From a virus, in IMG/VR virus record IMGVR_UViG_3300031772_000001, positions 1-64,000 of that record: a DNA stretch of 64,000 nt. One strand, written 5' to 3'. How positions within the stretch are numbered: the stretch's first letter is position 1; each line of letters opens with the position of its first letter. The translations under genes were made by a program, and so were the position numbers. Below, piece after piece: positions 29,773 through 39,191 of this stretch. The notes beneath the pieces were generated by a model. That model searched no databases and had not been told where the DNA came from. It worked only from the letters and a program-made list of their open reading frames with translations.

Positions 29773-32298
29773 CTATATAGAAGAAAACAAACCGTGGTCT
29801 ATCCCACCATAATCACCCGACTCTAAAACCTTCACCAACTTCAACTCTTTCCCTGTCTTTGGATCAATCCTCTTAGGCATAACCCAACTATCATCAGACT
29901 GAGCTTCCTGTCTCAACCCAAGTGTAAACACTATATCCCCAACAACCTCAGCATTAGTACGGCCAGCAAAATAAGAAGGATCAGCTTCAACAGCGTTCGC
30001 ACAAGCGGCAACAAGAGCATCACTACAACCCTTGTCCCCTCTTGTACCATCATCATTTACATCAGGGTGATCTACCTTCTTAGATTCTACGAAATGATTA
30101 AGGTTAAAAAACTCCCGCTCCAAAATGGAGTAGTTGTACATAATAAGTCTATCTTCATAGATCAAATCCACTACTTGAAGATAAGCAGAGTCATCCTTAT
30201 CAACAGACCTTCTCGCAGCATTAAAAGAGTTTGCTGTAAATATCTGAATTGTATCTTCTGATTGGTACTGATCTAACGAAATCTTCCCAAACCTCATACC
30301 CATCTGCCGAAGTTCAAAGATAAACTTACGGATTTTAGTGAATGAAATCCTATCAGGACTCTTGGGGGCCATCACAGACAAAACAATATCAGTCTCCAAT
30401 TTTGGTATTCTCAACATCGTATTCGGGTCTTCGATCATCTCCGCTATGTGAACAATAGCAAGACCCAAAGTATCATGTGTTGTTGCATAGTCAAGGTGAA
30501 CATACCTCAATGCTTCAGGGTGACGTATTAGCCCCTTGTAACTCGCCTTCCCACTCTCAATCACTTTGTTAAACATCAATTCTGGTAGAAAATAATCTAT
30601 AAGATGCTGTGTTGTTTTCAGGGATATTGTAAAAGTCTCTTTTGTAAAAGGATGTCTTATCTCTGAAGAAATACACTTCTGCCAAGCATACTTCGAGGAA
30701 AACAACTTACCAGACGGTGATATAGACACACCAGCAATATTCCTCAAAGCTCCATACACATCATCTATAAAGTTTTGCTTAAAGTCCATCGGAACTGCTA
30801 CGAAATTATCTATAAACTTAGCTGGTAACTTTACCATAACATCAGACACAGCTTTATCCGTGTCCACACTCTTACCATCTGCAATCATCTTATCCCTAAT
30901 ATCAATAATCTTGGCTCTTATAGCATCAGAACTCATAGGAATAAGACCATTTACAGACGTAACAATAAAAGCATCTTCATTTTCAGAACCCTGAAATACA
31001 AAGAACCTATCATTAGAGTAGTTCCCCGGCTTAACATCCCAAAGAGTCGTAATAAAAATCGTCGCTGAGTTGTACTGTCTGGCTTGCCTAATTCGAGAAG
31101 AAACAAATGAAGACTGAATTGAAGCAGACGAAATAATAGCAGAAAATCCAGGGTCATAACCCTTCATCATAAACCGAGACATACGACGGTCTGTAACTTC
31201 CCTGTAAATCTTAGCCGCCTTTGCAGCATCACCAACTGAGGCACCTGAACCACCCCTACGGTAGAAGTCAGCCTCATCCATAATACACCCAAACAAGTTC
31301 GTTGATATAACAGAGAGATTATCAGAACCCGGAAGGATTGCTATACGTTGAGGAAATTTGAGGATGGACTTGTATGTTCGGTCACGCGGGAACTCTTTTC
31401 GGAAGTACGGTATTGAATCCACCATCGACCTAAACTGCCCAAACCCAACTCTCTCCGCATGTGTCATGTTAATTGACAAATATGCAAACACTATGTCCGT
31501 CATGTCAGACAAACCAAACAATCTCTGAGGATAGTCATAACAAGACAATTCATAAAGTTTTCTAAGCCAACACACGAAAGCGAAGGTAGTCTTACCTGCA
31601 CCTATTGAATTATGAACAAAAACACCAGAGGAAAGAGCAAAGTTATGGTATTTCTCTACCTCAAAATCATACACATCCTCTTTTTCCTCCAACTTTCTAA
31701 CCACCACTACTCTTACAGGACAGGTTAAAAAACTCATCAAACCATCACCCGCCAAAAGCTCTTCCGCACTTCTATAAGAACCATCATCCAACATCCACAA
31801 ATGATCAGGAGTACATCGTTCTTTACCTCCATTACTAAGAACTACCTCTACAATATCTTTTTGCAAACCTGTTTTTCTACATCTACTTGCAACACCAATG
31901 CCATAATGACCATCCAAAGAACAAGATACTACATCAAAAACATGACCAGATTCAGCTAACTCTTTTATTGTTCTATCCCGAAGGTCATATAACCGTATCT
32001 TAGTAGAACCAACAAAACATCCAGTAATTATAGTTTCAGGTTTTTTAGAGTCTATATAAGTTGGTAATGCTTCCTTCCAGTACGGATACAAGTCTTTCGC
32101 AAGTGATCCCAAATAATATGTGTAATTTACCCACTTATTAACAGGTACAATCTCTTTTACCTGAGTAGCTTTTAATACACCAGTCTCTTCAGAGATTGCA
32201 CGACCCAACAAGCTCTCAATAGCGGAAAATTGAGAATCACCTATACCCTCAAAGAACTTTAGGGTTTCAGGAGAGATTTTTTCTGGGATCTCTGACAT
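29773..32298 (-). CDS. terL: Terminase large subunit containing a mini-intein
   Basis: Walker A TG|SIGAGKTT after splicing; Walker B CIMDEAD; RNase H-like YVHLDYA...ISLDQYQS...KVDHP...KGCSDAL. Confidence 0.88.
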   Translation of the reverse strand: MSEIPEKISPETLKFFEGIGDSQFSAIESLLGRAISEETGVLKATQVKEIVPVNKWVNYTYYLGSLAKDLYPYWKEALPTYIDSKKPETIITGCFVGSTKIRLYDLRDRTIKELAESGHVFDVVSCSLDGHYGIGVASRCRKTGLQKDIVEVVLSNGGKERCTPDHLWMLDDGSYRSAEELLAGDGLMSFLTCPVRVVVVRKLEEKEDVYDFEVEKYHNFALSSGVFVHNSIGAGKTTFAFVCWLRKLYELSCYDYPQRLFGLSDMTDIVFAYLSINMTHAERVGFGQFRSMVDSIPYFRKEFPRDRTYKSILKFPQRIAILPGSDNLSVISTNLFGCIMDEADFYRRGGSGASVGDAAKAAKIYREVTDRRMSRFMMKGYDPGFSAIISSASIQSSFVSSRIRQARQYNSATIFITTLWDVKPGNYSNDRFFVFQGSENEDAFIVTSVNGLIPMSSDAIRAKIIDIRDKMIADGKSVDTDKAVSDVMVKLPAKFIDNFVAVPMDFKQNFIDDVYGALRNIAGVSISPSGKLFSSKYAWQKCISSEIRHPFTKETFTISLKTTQHLIDYFLPELMFNKVIESGKASYKGLIRHPEALRYVHLDYATTHDTLGLAIVHIAEMIEDPNTMLRIPKLETDIVLSVMAPKSPDRISFTKIRKFIFELRQMGMRFGKISLDQYQSEDTIQIFTANSFNAARRSVDKDDSAYLQVVDLIYEDRLIMYNYSILEREFFNLNHFVESKKVDHPDVNDDGTRGDKGCSDALVAACANAVEADPSYFAGRTNAEVVGDIVFTLGLRQEAQSDDSWVMPKRIDPKTGKELKLVKVLESGDYGGIDHGLFSSI
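31609..32019 (-). mobile_element. Mini-intein (137 aa, no endonuclease) inserted in the terminase Walker A motif
   Basis: TG|CFVGST...CTPDHLW...VYDFEVEKYHNFALSSGVFVHN|SIGAGKT. Confidence 0.92.
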
Positions 32299-32929
32299 CT
32301 TTGTAGTTCTCTACTGCGTCAAGAAACTTGTTTATATCTGTCTGAAGCATCAACGGAAGAAACTTTTTGATTTTCTTCTCCGACCAATCCCACCACTTAA
32401 CCTGAAGAAGCCTCTCAATAATCTTCTCATCAAACCGCATCCGAATTACCTTTGCAGGATTACCACCCACAATTGCATACGATGGAACATCTTTGGTAAC
32501 AACTGAGTTTGCTCCTACAGCCGCACCATCACCTACTGTAACACCGGGAAGTATAGTCACCGAGTCACATATCCAGACATCATTTCCGATAACCACCGGA
32601 CCCTTCACCCGACCGTGCCCACTAACCCCTTCTGCCGCATCCCAAAGAACAGGGAAAGGGTAGGTAGTCACCCAATCAGTTCTATGATCTCCACCAATCA
32701 TCACAGTTAAACAATCAGAAATAGAACAAAAAGAACCTATGGTCAAGCTACCGCCGTACTCCAGCCTACCCAAGATACTCGTGCGTCCAATATATGTGTG
32801 TCTCCCCACAGAAACCCAAGGACACCGTTGTTTGAAAACATCTGTAAAAAGCACAGCATCACGACGGCACTCTATGTTGAACTTCTGCCGATCCTTCTTG
32901 TCCATTCTATCAATCTCAATAGACATCAC
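32267..32929 (-). CDS. Hexapeptide-repeat O-acetyltransferase (CatB/Vat-related)
   Basis: IGSFCSI...HRTDWVTTYPF...IGNDVWI...VTKDVPSYAIVGGNPAKVIRMRF...WWDW. Confidence 0.88.
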   Translation of the reverse strand: MMSIEIDRMDKKDRQKFNIECRRDAVLFTDVFKQRCPWVSVGRHTYIGRTSILGRLEYGGSLTIGSFCSISDCLTVMIGGDHRTDWVTTYPFPVLWDAAEGVSGHGRVKGPVVIGNDVWICDSVTILPGVTVGDGAAVGANSVVTKDVPSYAIVGGNPAKVIRMRFDEKIIERLLQVKWWDWSEKKIKKFLPLMLQTDINKFLDAVENYKDVRDPRKNLS

Positions 32930-33142
32930 CTTTACCTCTTAATTCCGCGCAGCTTATCCACCAGTGCCAGCATCTCCTCACTCGGCCTCTGTACCTCTCC
33001 TACCTGCACATCCTCAACTAGAGGCTTCCTACGAGGCTTATCCCCGCAACACCCTACTGGCCCCTGCTTCGCAAACCCACCCCCATGAGTCCTCAAAGGA
33101 TTGTCTCTGTTCATACTACTAACTCCTTGTTTTCCCTCACAA

Positions 33143-33445
33143 TTACATCACCTCATCAGTATCTCTCTGCACGTCTTCTACCTTTTCATAAGTAGCTAAA
33201 AATATGTCATTTCGGCAAGGATAAAATTCTCCTTTTACATCACGAATAATGTAATCACCAATATTAGCTACAAAAACACCTTCAAGTGTAGTTATTTTGA
33301 ATTGACCGTCTGTTGGATCAATACCATAACCGCAATCCAAAAAACTTCCCTTATTCGTTATACCAAGAAACTCGTATAACTCATCAAGACTATATTGTGT
33401 TAGCTGAACCGCCTCAATAATAACTGGCTTTTTTCGATACTTCAT
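33143..33445 (-). CDS. Conserved phage hypothetical protein
   Basis: KYRKKPVIIEAVQ...ITTLEG...GDYII...GEFYPC..DIF..TYE. Confidence 0.8.
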   Translation of the reverse strand: MKYRKKPVIIEAVQLTQYSLDELYEFLGITNKGSFLDCGYGIDPTDGQFKITTLEGVFVANIGDYIIRDVKGEFYPCRNDIFLATYEKVEDVQRDTDEVM

Positions 33446-33469
33446 TTACATTTTTACCTTTCTTGGTTT

Positions 33470-33528
33470 CAGTTTACTAACTCTTCGGTTTTCAGGATCA
33501 ATGCTGTAAACCACTCGACCAACTCTCC
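33470..33528 (-). pseudogene. Truncated tRNA-Ser(TGA)-like remnant (5' half only)
   Basis: GGAGAGTTGGTCGAGTGGTTTA...CCTGAAAACCGAAGAG; mispaired anticodon stem; no T-arm or 3' acceptor strand. Confidence 0.55.
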
Positions 33529-33535
33529 AAGTAAA

Positions 33536-33623
33536 TACGGGGGATGGGACTCGAACCCACAGGCTCCCTTTCGGGAAAAGCGAATTTTAAGTTCGCCGTC
33601 TATGCCAATTCGACTACCCCCGC
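33536..33623 (-). tRNA. tRNA-Leu(TAA)
   Basis: GCGGGGG acceptor; GCGAA-CT-TAA-AA-TTCGC; long variable arm; GGTTCGAGTCC. Confidence 0.92.
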
Positions 33624-33628
33624 AAAAA

Positions 33629-33708
33629 TACGGGTGAAGGGACTCGAACCCCCACGCTTTCGCATCAGATTTTGAATCTGAGATGTCTACCAATTCCATC
33701 ACACCCGC
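33629..33708 (-). tRNA. tRNA-Leu(CAA)
   Basis: GCGGGTG acceptor; TCAGA-TT-CAA-AA-TCTGA; GGTTCGAGTCC. Confidence 0.92.
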
Positions 33709-33713
33709 AAGTA

Positions 33714-34109
33714 TTACTCATAAACTCTCTTTTTTCCCACCCACGGAATCCCACCCGCCTTTACAAACTTCTTAGTAGACACCTCAGAGTCAAGTGTTTC
33801 CCTGACTCTTGGAACCCAAGCCTCGCCAGACCGCAACTTCATATCCCCGTCTGTCCAACGGATCATAGGAACTTTTCTAACCGGATGCAATTGCTTCTCA
33901 TCCATCTCCCCACAACGTATCAACCTACCATGCCTGTCATACACCCGAAAACAAAGGTCTTTTTGTGCAGAACTCCATTTGAAAATCTTTGCCCTCGCCA
34001 CACACTCTTCACATCCCCGCTCAGATGCCGAACGGTAGATTGTAGTCCAAACACCACTCCTATCCAAAACATCAAGAGACCACCTCCTTCTCAGTTTTTT
34101 GACATACAT
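33714..34109 (-). CDS. Hypothetical protein
   Basis: ORF on the coding strand. Confidence 0.55.
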   Translation of the reverse strand: MYVKKLRRRWSLDVLDRSGVWTTIYRSASERGCEECVARAKIFKWSSAQKDLCFRVYDRHGRLIRCGEMDEKQLHPVRKVPMIRWTDGDMKLRSGEAWVPRVRETLDSEVSTKKFVKAGGIPWVGKKRVYE

Positions 34110-34277
34110 AAGAGCACTCCGGTAATCTTACCAATTTAGGGTAGTATGTTCCGTGACTTACAGGCTTACCATATTTCAAACAAATATGAAGACTCTTGTT
34201 CTTTGGAAACCTCTCTCTGCCACTCTCTTCAGGTGACACATAACCACAAAACTCGTCACAAAAACACGCAGTCGATG

Positions 34278-35114
34278 TCATACCGTCACCCGACTTCTCA
34301 CAATCCCCATAAAATGCACACCCTCACCATCCTTGATTGACTTACAATACTTTATCCAAGCATCAGTTGTTGTACTGTAAAAATGATCCTTAATCTTGTT
34401 AAACATAATATGAAAAAAAGGCTCCTCAAGTTTCATAGGCTTGCCAGCATGTTGAAACCCTGCAAACTCTGGTGGAAGATACTGTGTAAACTCATACCCA
34501 TGATGAATATTGATGTAGTTTATGGGAAGACCGTCTACTTCATCACAAAATTCCTTAGTACCAACACGAGGAGCACCATGAGCTACACAAACACAAGGAA
34601 GTCCCAGATTCTTAGCCTTATCCCTTGCTGACAAAATAGTAAGTGCTCCACCCCGCGAATGTCCAGTATCGAGAATTGGAGGAAGATTATTTTCTCTCCA
34701 AATCTCCCCAAGACGTGTCTTCTTGTCTGCCATCATGTGCGTCTTATCATAAGCATATTTTTGAAGATACTCTTGAAAGGTCTGCTTATAGTACAGCCAA
34801 GACTTGTAAAAATCACAGTGAATATAGCCAGCCTTCGTACTACCATCACCAACATACACCAAATATTTCTCTGGACTTGGATCTTGTAGAGGGAACGCAT
34901 CAAAATCACCTATCCACGCAGCAAGATCCTTTGTTCCTCGAAAAGAGAAAACTATCTTATCTGGAAACTCCGCTATGTATGCAAAATCTTTATCATTCTC
35001 CAACGCCGTGTAGATTGAATTTTCAAATTCTGGAAACTTGTCAATAGGAGGACGCTCGTGCATCCCATGACTTGCTGCCTCTGCATACATCCACGACTTT
35101 GCAAAACTATCCAT
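34278..35114 (-). CDS. Lipase class 3 (alpha/beta hydrolase)
   Basis: VFSFRGT; TGHSRGGAL nucleophile elbow; HGAPRVG. Confidence 0.85.
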   Translation of the reverse strand: MDSFAKSWMYAEAASHGMHERPPIDKFPEFENSIYTALENDKDFAYIAEFPDKIVFSFRGTKDLAAWIGDFDAFPLQDPSPEKYLVYVGDGSTKAGYIHCDFYKSWLYYKQTFQEYLQKYAYDKTHMMADKKTRLGEIWRENNLPPILDTGHSRGGALTILSARDKAKNLGLPCVCVAHGAPRVGTKEFCDEVDGLPINYINIHHGYEFTQYLPPEFAGFQHAGKPMKLEEPFFHIMFNKIKDHFYSTTTDAWIKYCKSIKDGEGVHFMGIVRSRVTV

Positions 35115-35125
35115 AAATCCTCCTG

Positions 35126-35782
35126 TTACCTTTTGACAAGTCCAAGAAACTTCTCTAACAACTCCTTCTTGGCTTCTCCTTGTATCCCGTAAGGATGAAT
35201 TATGAAAGCATTATCCAAAACATCACCATCATAATCCCTTGAATGTTTATTAAAAATATCGTTCTTCCACACACAAACATGACTCTTATTTTCTTCTTGA
35301 TTACAAAAAAAGTCTATGGCTCTCTGCTCACAGCCATCATGTAAGTAAGAACAACCCGGACATCTTAACTTACATGGATCAGAATAACCAACCTTCCCAT
35401 AAACATCCCTCAAAAAAGACTCTGACCAAGAACAACTCTTTACAAAGAAAACCCCTGCATTAACACTGCCATTATCAGCCCTTACTCTACTATCACGATC
35501 TCTTGTAATAACAAAATCATTTTCAAAAAACTGCTCCAACCTCATACCCATATCAACAATCACCGCATCAGCGTCAATCCACACTATACCATCGTATATT
35601 GGGGTATAAGTTTGTATAAGTCGTATTTTACTCCAAACCAAAGGTCTATCGGTAACTACACTACTACCGACAGATATTAGTTTATATTTATTCCTTTCAC
35701 AATACTCAAACTTATTCCCAAGAGTCTGCAATGCGTAATCACTAATCTCATGTGTATGCATCGTCAAAACAGCAATTTTCAT
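35126..35782 (-). CDS. Glycosyltransferase, GT34-like
   Basis: NKFEYC...WSKIRLI...VWIDADAVI...VNAGVFFVK...EQRAI...FIIH. Confidence 0.8.
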   Translation of the reverse strand: MKIAVLTMHTHEISDYALQTLGNKFEYCERNKYKLISVGSSVVTDRPLVWSKIRLIQTYTPIYDGIVWIDADAVIVDMGMRLEQFFENDFVITRDRDSRVRADNGSVNAGVFFVKSCSWSESFLRDVYGKVGYSDPCKLRCPGCSYLHDGCEQRAIDFFCNQEENKSHVCVWKNDIFNKHSRDYDGDVLDNAFIIHPYGIQGEAKKELLEKFLGLVKR

Positions 35783-36360
35783 CGTATGTACGGAATCCTG
35801 TGGTAAGGTGCGGGTATTCTTTCCGGTCCTATCAAAGAATATCTTCGTAGGTTCGACAAATGGTAATGATACAACAGCACTTTATCACAAGGGTTCTTTA
35901 CAGTATACCCGACCTTTACAAACTCATAAGCAAGTCTTAGATCACACCCAAATATCCCTTGAGTAAAGTCACAAAACAAATTCTTCTCATCCTTCAAAAA
36001 ATTCCCTCTGAAAATCCAACAATCCTGCCTGTCCGTCATAATATCACCAGCAATAAACGGAACAACACTCAAAACATCCCTTCTCGAAACACACCAAACC
36101 TCATCATAAGTGATGTTAAAAATGTAAGGCAAAGAACTGTGTTCAAGCCAGCAATCTGAATTTATTATTACATTTATATCGTTTGGGAGAGAAACCTCTT
36201 TTATCAAGTCAAAATACTCCCTAAAAGTAGGTCTTCCGTCTATCAACTGTATTGAAGCAATATCTGGAAGACCAACCTGAGTTTGTTGGTAAGAATAAAC
36301 CAACTCTGCGTCACGAACAGGGTCAGGATCAACATACAGGTTGTAAAAAATATTGATCAT
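35779..36360 (-). CDS. Glycosyltransferase-like protein
   Basis: RPTF...IINSDC...VSRRD...QDCWIF...GCDLRLA...HYHLSNLR; ATGA overlap with the upstream gene. Confidence 0.55.
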   Translation of the reverse strand: MINIFYNLYVDPDPVRDAELVYSYQQTQVGLPDIASIQLIDGRPTFREYFDLIKEVSLPNDINVIINSDCWLEHSSLPYIFNITYDEVWCVSRRDVLSVVPFIAGDIMTDRQDCWIFRGNFLKDEKNLFCDFTQGIFGCDLRLAYEFVKVGYTVKNPCDKVLLYHYHLSNLRRYSLIGPERIPAPYHRIPYIR

Positions 36361-36581
36361 GTATGGAAATCTATGGTTGATGGAATAGACATCCAATGCG
36401 TGACCTTCCATGAAGAATCGTCTTCGCGGTCCCCGCACCAATCCGACCACCCAACCTCTTTTTGATACTTGACCTGAAAAACAACCTTCTGTCGGTGTTC
36501 TGGAAGTCCAACCTCACATAATCCAAGTACCCACACATTATCATCTGGCAACCAACCCTCTACCTTTATCCACGTATGCAT
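36357..36581 (-). CDS. DUF551-like small phage protein
   Basis: WIKVEGWLP...VTHWMSIP. Confidence 0.7.
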   Translation of the reverse strand: MHTWIKVEGWLPDDNVWVLGLCEVGLPEHRQKVVFQVKYQKEVGWSDWCGDREDDSSWKVTHWMSIPSTIDFHT

Positions 36582-36585
36582 AATC

Positions 36586-36852
36586 TTACTTCCTACCTCT
36601 CTTGCTTTTATGAAACTTCAAAGTCGAAGAAGCATCTTTACTACTTAAAGCATACTCAGGTGGAACTTCGTTGTCGTGAAATGACCTTACAACAAATGTA
36701 TAATGATTCTCTGGATCTTTAGGAACCCTGTACTTAAACCCTACAAGAGCCACATCACACTTCTTATCCTTTGGGTCTGAAATATCCGGGGTAAGTAAGA
36801 AAGATCCCCAATGATCAATCAAATCTTCAGCAACGTCAACGATAATCCTCAA
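36586..36852 (-). CDS. Hypothetical protein
   Basis: GGAGG RBS with TTG start. Confidence 0.6.
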   Translation of the reverse strand: MRIIVDVAEDLIDHWGSFLLTPDISDPKDKKCDVALVGFKYRVPKDPENHYTFVVRSFHDNEVPPEYALSSKDASSTLKFHKSKRGRK

Positions 36853-36870
36853 TAGACACCTCCTGTAATT

Positions 36871-36971
36871 AAAAAAGCCCGTAGGATAACTGGAAGGAAA
36901 AACGAGTCCCCACTAAACTCGTACCAGAACCTTACGGCAACCGGCTTCCAGTAGATCAAACCCTACGGGCT
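36871..36971 (-). ncRNA. Structured intergenic RNA (multi-stem, closed by a terminator-like stem and U-tract)
   Basis: AGCCCGTAGG/CCTACGGGCT and ACTGGAAG/CTTCCAGT nested stems enclose two hairpins; followed by TTTTT. Confidence 0.55.
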
Positions 36972-36974
36972 ACA

Positions 36975-37441
36975 CTACTTTCTTTTTTCAGTTTTCGTAG
37001 AACAACAACTCTTAGTTCCATCAGGGAACTCGTAAGTAAGCGTTCTTTCTAACAAATCTACCTTTAACTTCTCCCCTGTCAAATTAAAGTACATTGTCAT
37101 AAGTCTTATCATGTGTAAACTCAACTCCCTTACCAAGTCACTATCCGTCGTAAGCTCAACTCCCTTACCAAGTCACTATCCGTCGTAAGATCCGAATTGA
37201 TAATCTGCGTCAAAGAAACTACATCCCCGACAATTTTCTCTTGTTGCTCTCTCTGATCCCGCTGATTAACGGGTGAAGGCCGCACAAGATTTACCGTATT
37301 CAAAAAAGAAGACAATTCCACATCACTTACTTTCTTCTCTATAACTTCCTGTCCCTTATCTCTGTTCTTCCATGAAAAAACAAGCCAACGTGCAACATCA
37401 ACTATACAATCAGACAAACTTATTCTCATACTCTCCTCCAA
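36975..37441 (-). pseudogene. Hypothetical gene frameshifted by a 35-bp tandem duplication
   Basis: Removing one copy gives a 143-aa ORF ending ...KSCCSTKTEKRK* at 36975. Confidence 0.7.
37120..37189. repeat. Exact 35-bp tandem duplication
   Basis: CTCAACTCCCTTACCAAGTCACTATCCGTCGTAAG x2. Confidence 0.95.
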
Positions 37442-37444
37442 TCA

Positions 37445-38197
37445 CTATACCATTCCAGCAATATCCGACAAATACAGCTTCCCACTCTTAGCAAGCAACT
37501 CAAGTATCCTCTTTCCTATTACGTTTCTCAAGGGTGACTTTATAAACTTGAAAGCAACCTTAGTCATCTCTATATCAACCCTCTGCTGCTCTTTACCATC
37601 CAATTTCTTACTATTATCTACAATCAAAAAGTTTTCCCCTCCAAACAACGTCTGAAATCCTCCTATATTTCCCTGAACCTGATTCCATGCCTGTTTTACA
37701 AAATCCTCTGGAACACTTCTCTCCCTTTCTTCATTACGCTCAATAGCTACCTCCAAAGAGGTATTTACAAAAACCATGTATGTATCATACCCTATCCTCT
37801 CCATAGTCTCTTTCTGCTTTGTAATCTTCGCTAAATCCTTACCAGTACCGTCAATCACCAAAGGTAACATACCATTCACCCAATAACCCATACGAGTATC
37901 AGTAAGACGCTTCGCAGCCTCCCTTGCTGACAACTGCTTTGCATGAATCTCTTTGTTTGAAGGGTCTATGTCAAACGGAAGATTCTCTTTTTTCAAGTTT
38001 CTCTCAAATACAACATCAGAATTTACAAAATTAGCAAATCCAGCAAACATTTTCTTAGAGTAGAAGCTCTTGCCACTGCCCGGTCCCCCCGCCATAAACA
38101 CACACTTGAACAAGTTCGCATCGTTTATGCTCTCTTTAATCTCATTATCCTTAACATCGTCTTCATACATATCTCTAAGAAGAGCTTTTACTGCCAT
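37445..38197 (-). CDS. P-loop kinase (zeta-toxin/AAA_33-like) with N-terminal LLRDMYE motif
   Basis: MAGGPGSGKS; VNSD; VIDGTG; MVFVNTSLEVAIERNEERER. Confidence 0.8.
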   Translation of the reverse strand: MAVKALLRDMYEDDVKDNEIKESINDANLFKCVFMAGGPGSGKSFYSKKMFAGFANFVNSDVVFERNLKKENLPFDIDPSNKEIHAKQLSAREAAKRLTDTRMGYWVNGMLPLVIDGTGKDLAKITKQKETMERIGYDTYMVFVNTSLEVAIERNEERERSVPEDFVKQAWNQVQGNIGGFQTLFGGENFLIVDNSKKLDGKEQQRVDIEMTKVAFKFIKSPLRNVIGKRILELLAKSGKLYLSDIAGMV

Positions 38198-38212
38198 AAG
38201 TTTCTCCTGTGT

Positions 38213-38948
38213 TTAATTGATTTCTGAAAGTAACACCTTCATCTTCTCTTGCTTACCCTGCATTAACTTCTCATAACAATCATCACACACCACGTCACAC
38301 TCCTCTACAGGCTTATCAAATTCTTGCTTCATCTCGGCAATCGCCTCTTCGTCAGACCACGCTTTTTCAAAAGTACCTCCGCAGACACAACACTTGAAAG
38401 TATTGTCAGGCATAATTACTTCTCCACTCTTACGCTCAAGTTACCATTACACTTAGGACATTGAACCACAAACTCTCTTGTGTCTGGCTTATCAACATGA
38501 TTGACGTTATAGATACCAAACTCGAAGACAAGAACATTCAGGACAATCAAACGTGCGGATATATGAGGATTATGGTCACTTTTGTAAAGATCAATCTGAG
38601 ATTCAAAGTTTACAAAATTGATCCCATCCTTAAACTTACGAATAACATAGAAAAACGCAAGCTCCCAAGCATAGTTCTTAGATATTTTCGTTCCTATGAC
38701 CACCGTTCTTTCCTTCCTTATTCTTGTTCTTATCTCTTCATCAACGAATGGTCAAGGCAATATTTCTTCCTTCGTACAACACGAAATTCAGCGGTGCATC
38801 CTTCCCACTGACACCGCCTCATAGAAGTATATCGTCTTTTGCTCTGTATTTTAGTTTCTTCTATGTAATACTTATCTATGTACTGATGTCCTTTACTTAC
38901 TATCTCATCAATCCTTGACATGACACACCACTTACTCAAACACCACAA
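38213..38948 (-). other. Three small Zn-ribbon hypothetical genes (38213-38413, 38416-38703, 38730-38948)
   Basis: CxxC-type pairs; packed on the coding strand. Confidence 0.55.
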
Positions 38949-39191
38949 GAAAGCATGTTACATAGCTTTGATCTTCTACTTTTCTCTCTGCTTCCAAACA
39001 AGCCTCGCAACGCATTATCCACCCGTTTATCTGAATCAACTCGGTGTAAGATTTTTCTTCAAAAGGGAAAAGTCGGCACACAGAAACTGTCCAAAAGTCT
39101 TAGTCCCAAAAAATTTGCAAAACTTGTTAGGCTCACTGACGTTAAAGCACCACAATTAAGATCAAACCGTACTTCTATCATAGAAATCCCC

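Noticed and set aside
32267-32929. Antibiotic-resistance gene (catB/vat)
   Set aside because: The hexapeptide acetyltransferase family includes many sugar O-acetyltransferases, and the context is glycan-related; resistance cannot be inferred.
33469-33702. 77-aa ORF
   Set aside because: It overlies the two tRNA-Leu genes.
37055-37082. TTGACA-16nt-TAGATT promoter for the downstream structured RNA
   Set aside because: It lies within the restored reading frame of the frameshifted gene and has suboptimal spacing, so it may be coincidental.
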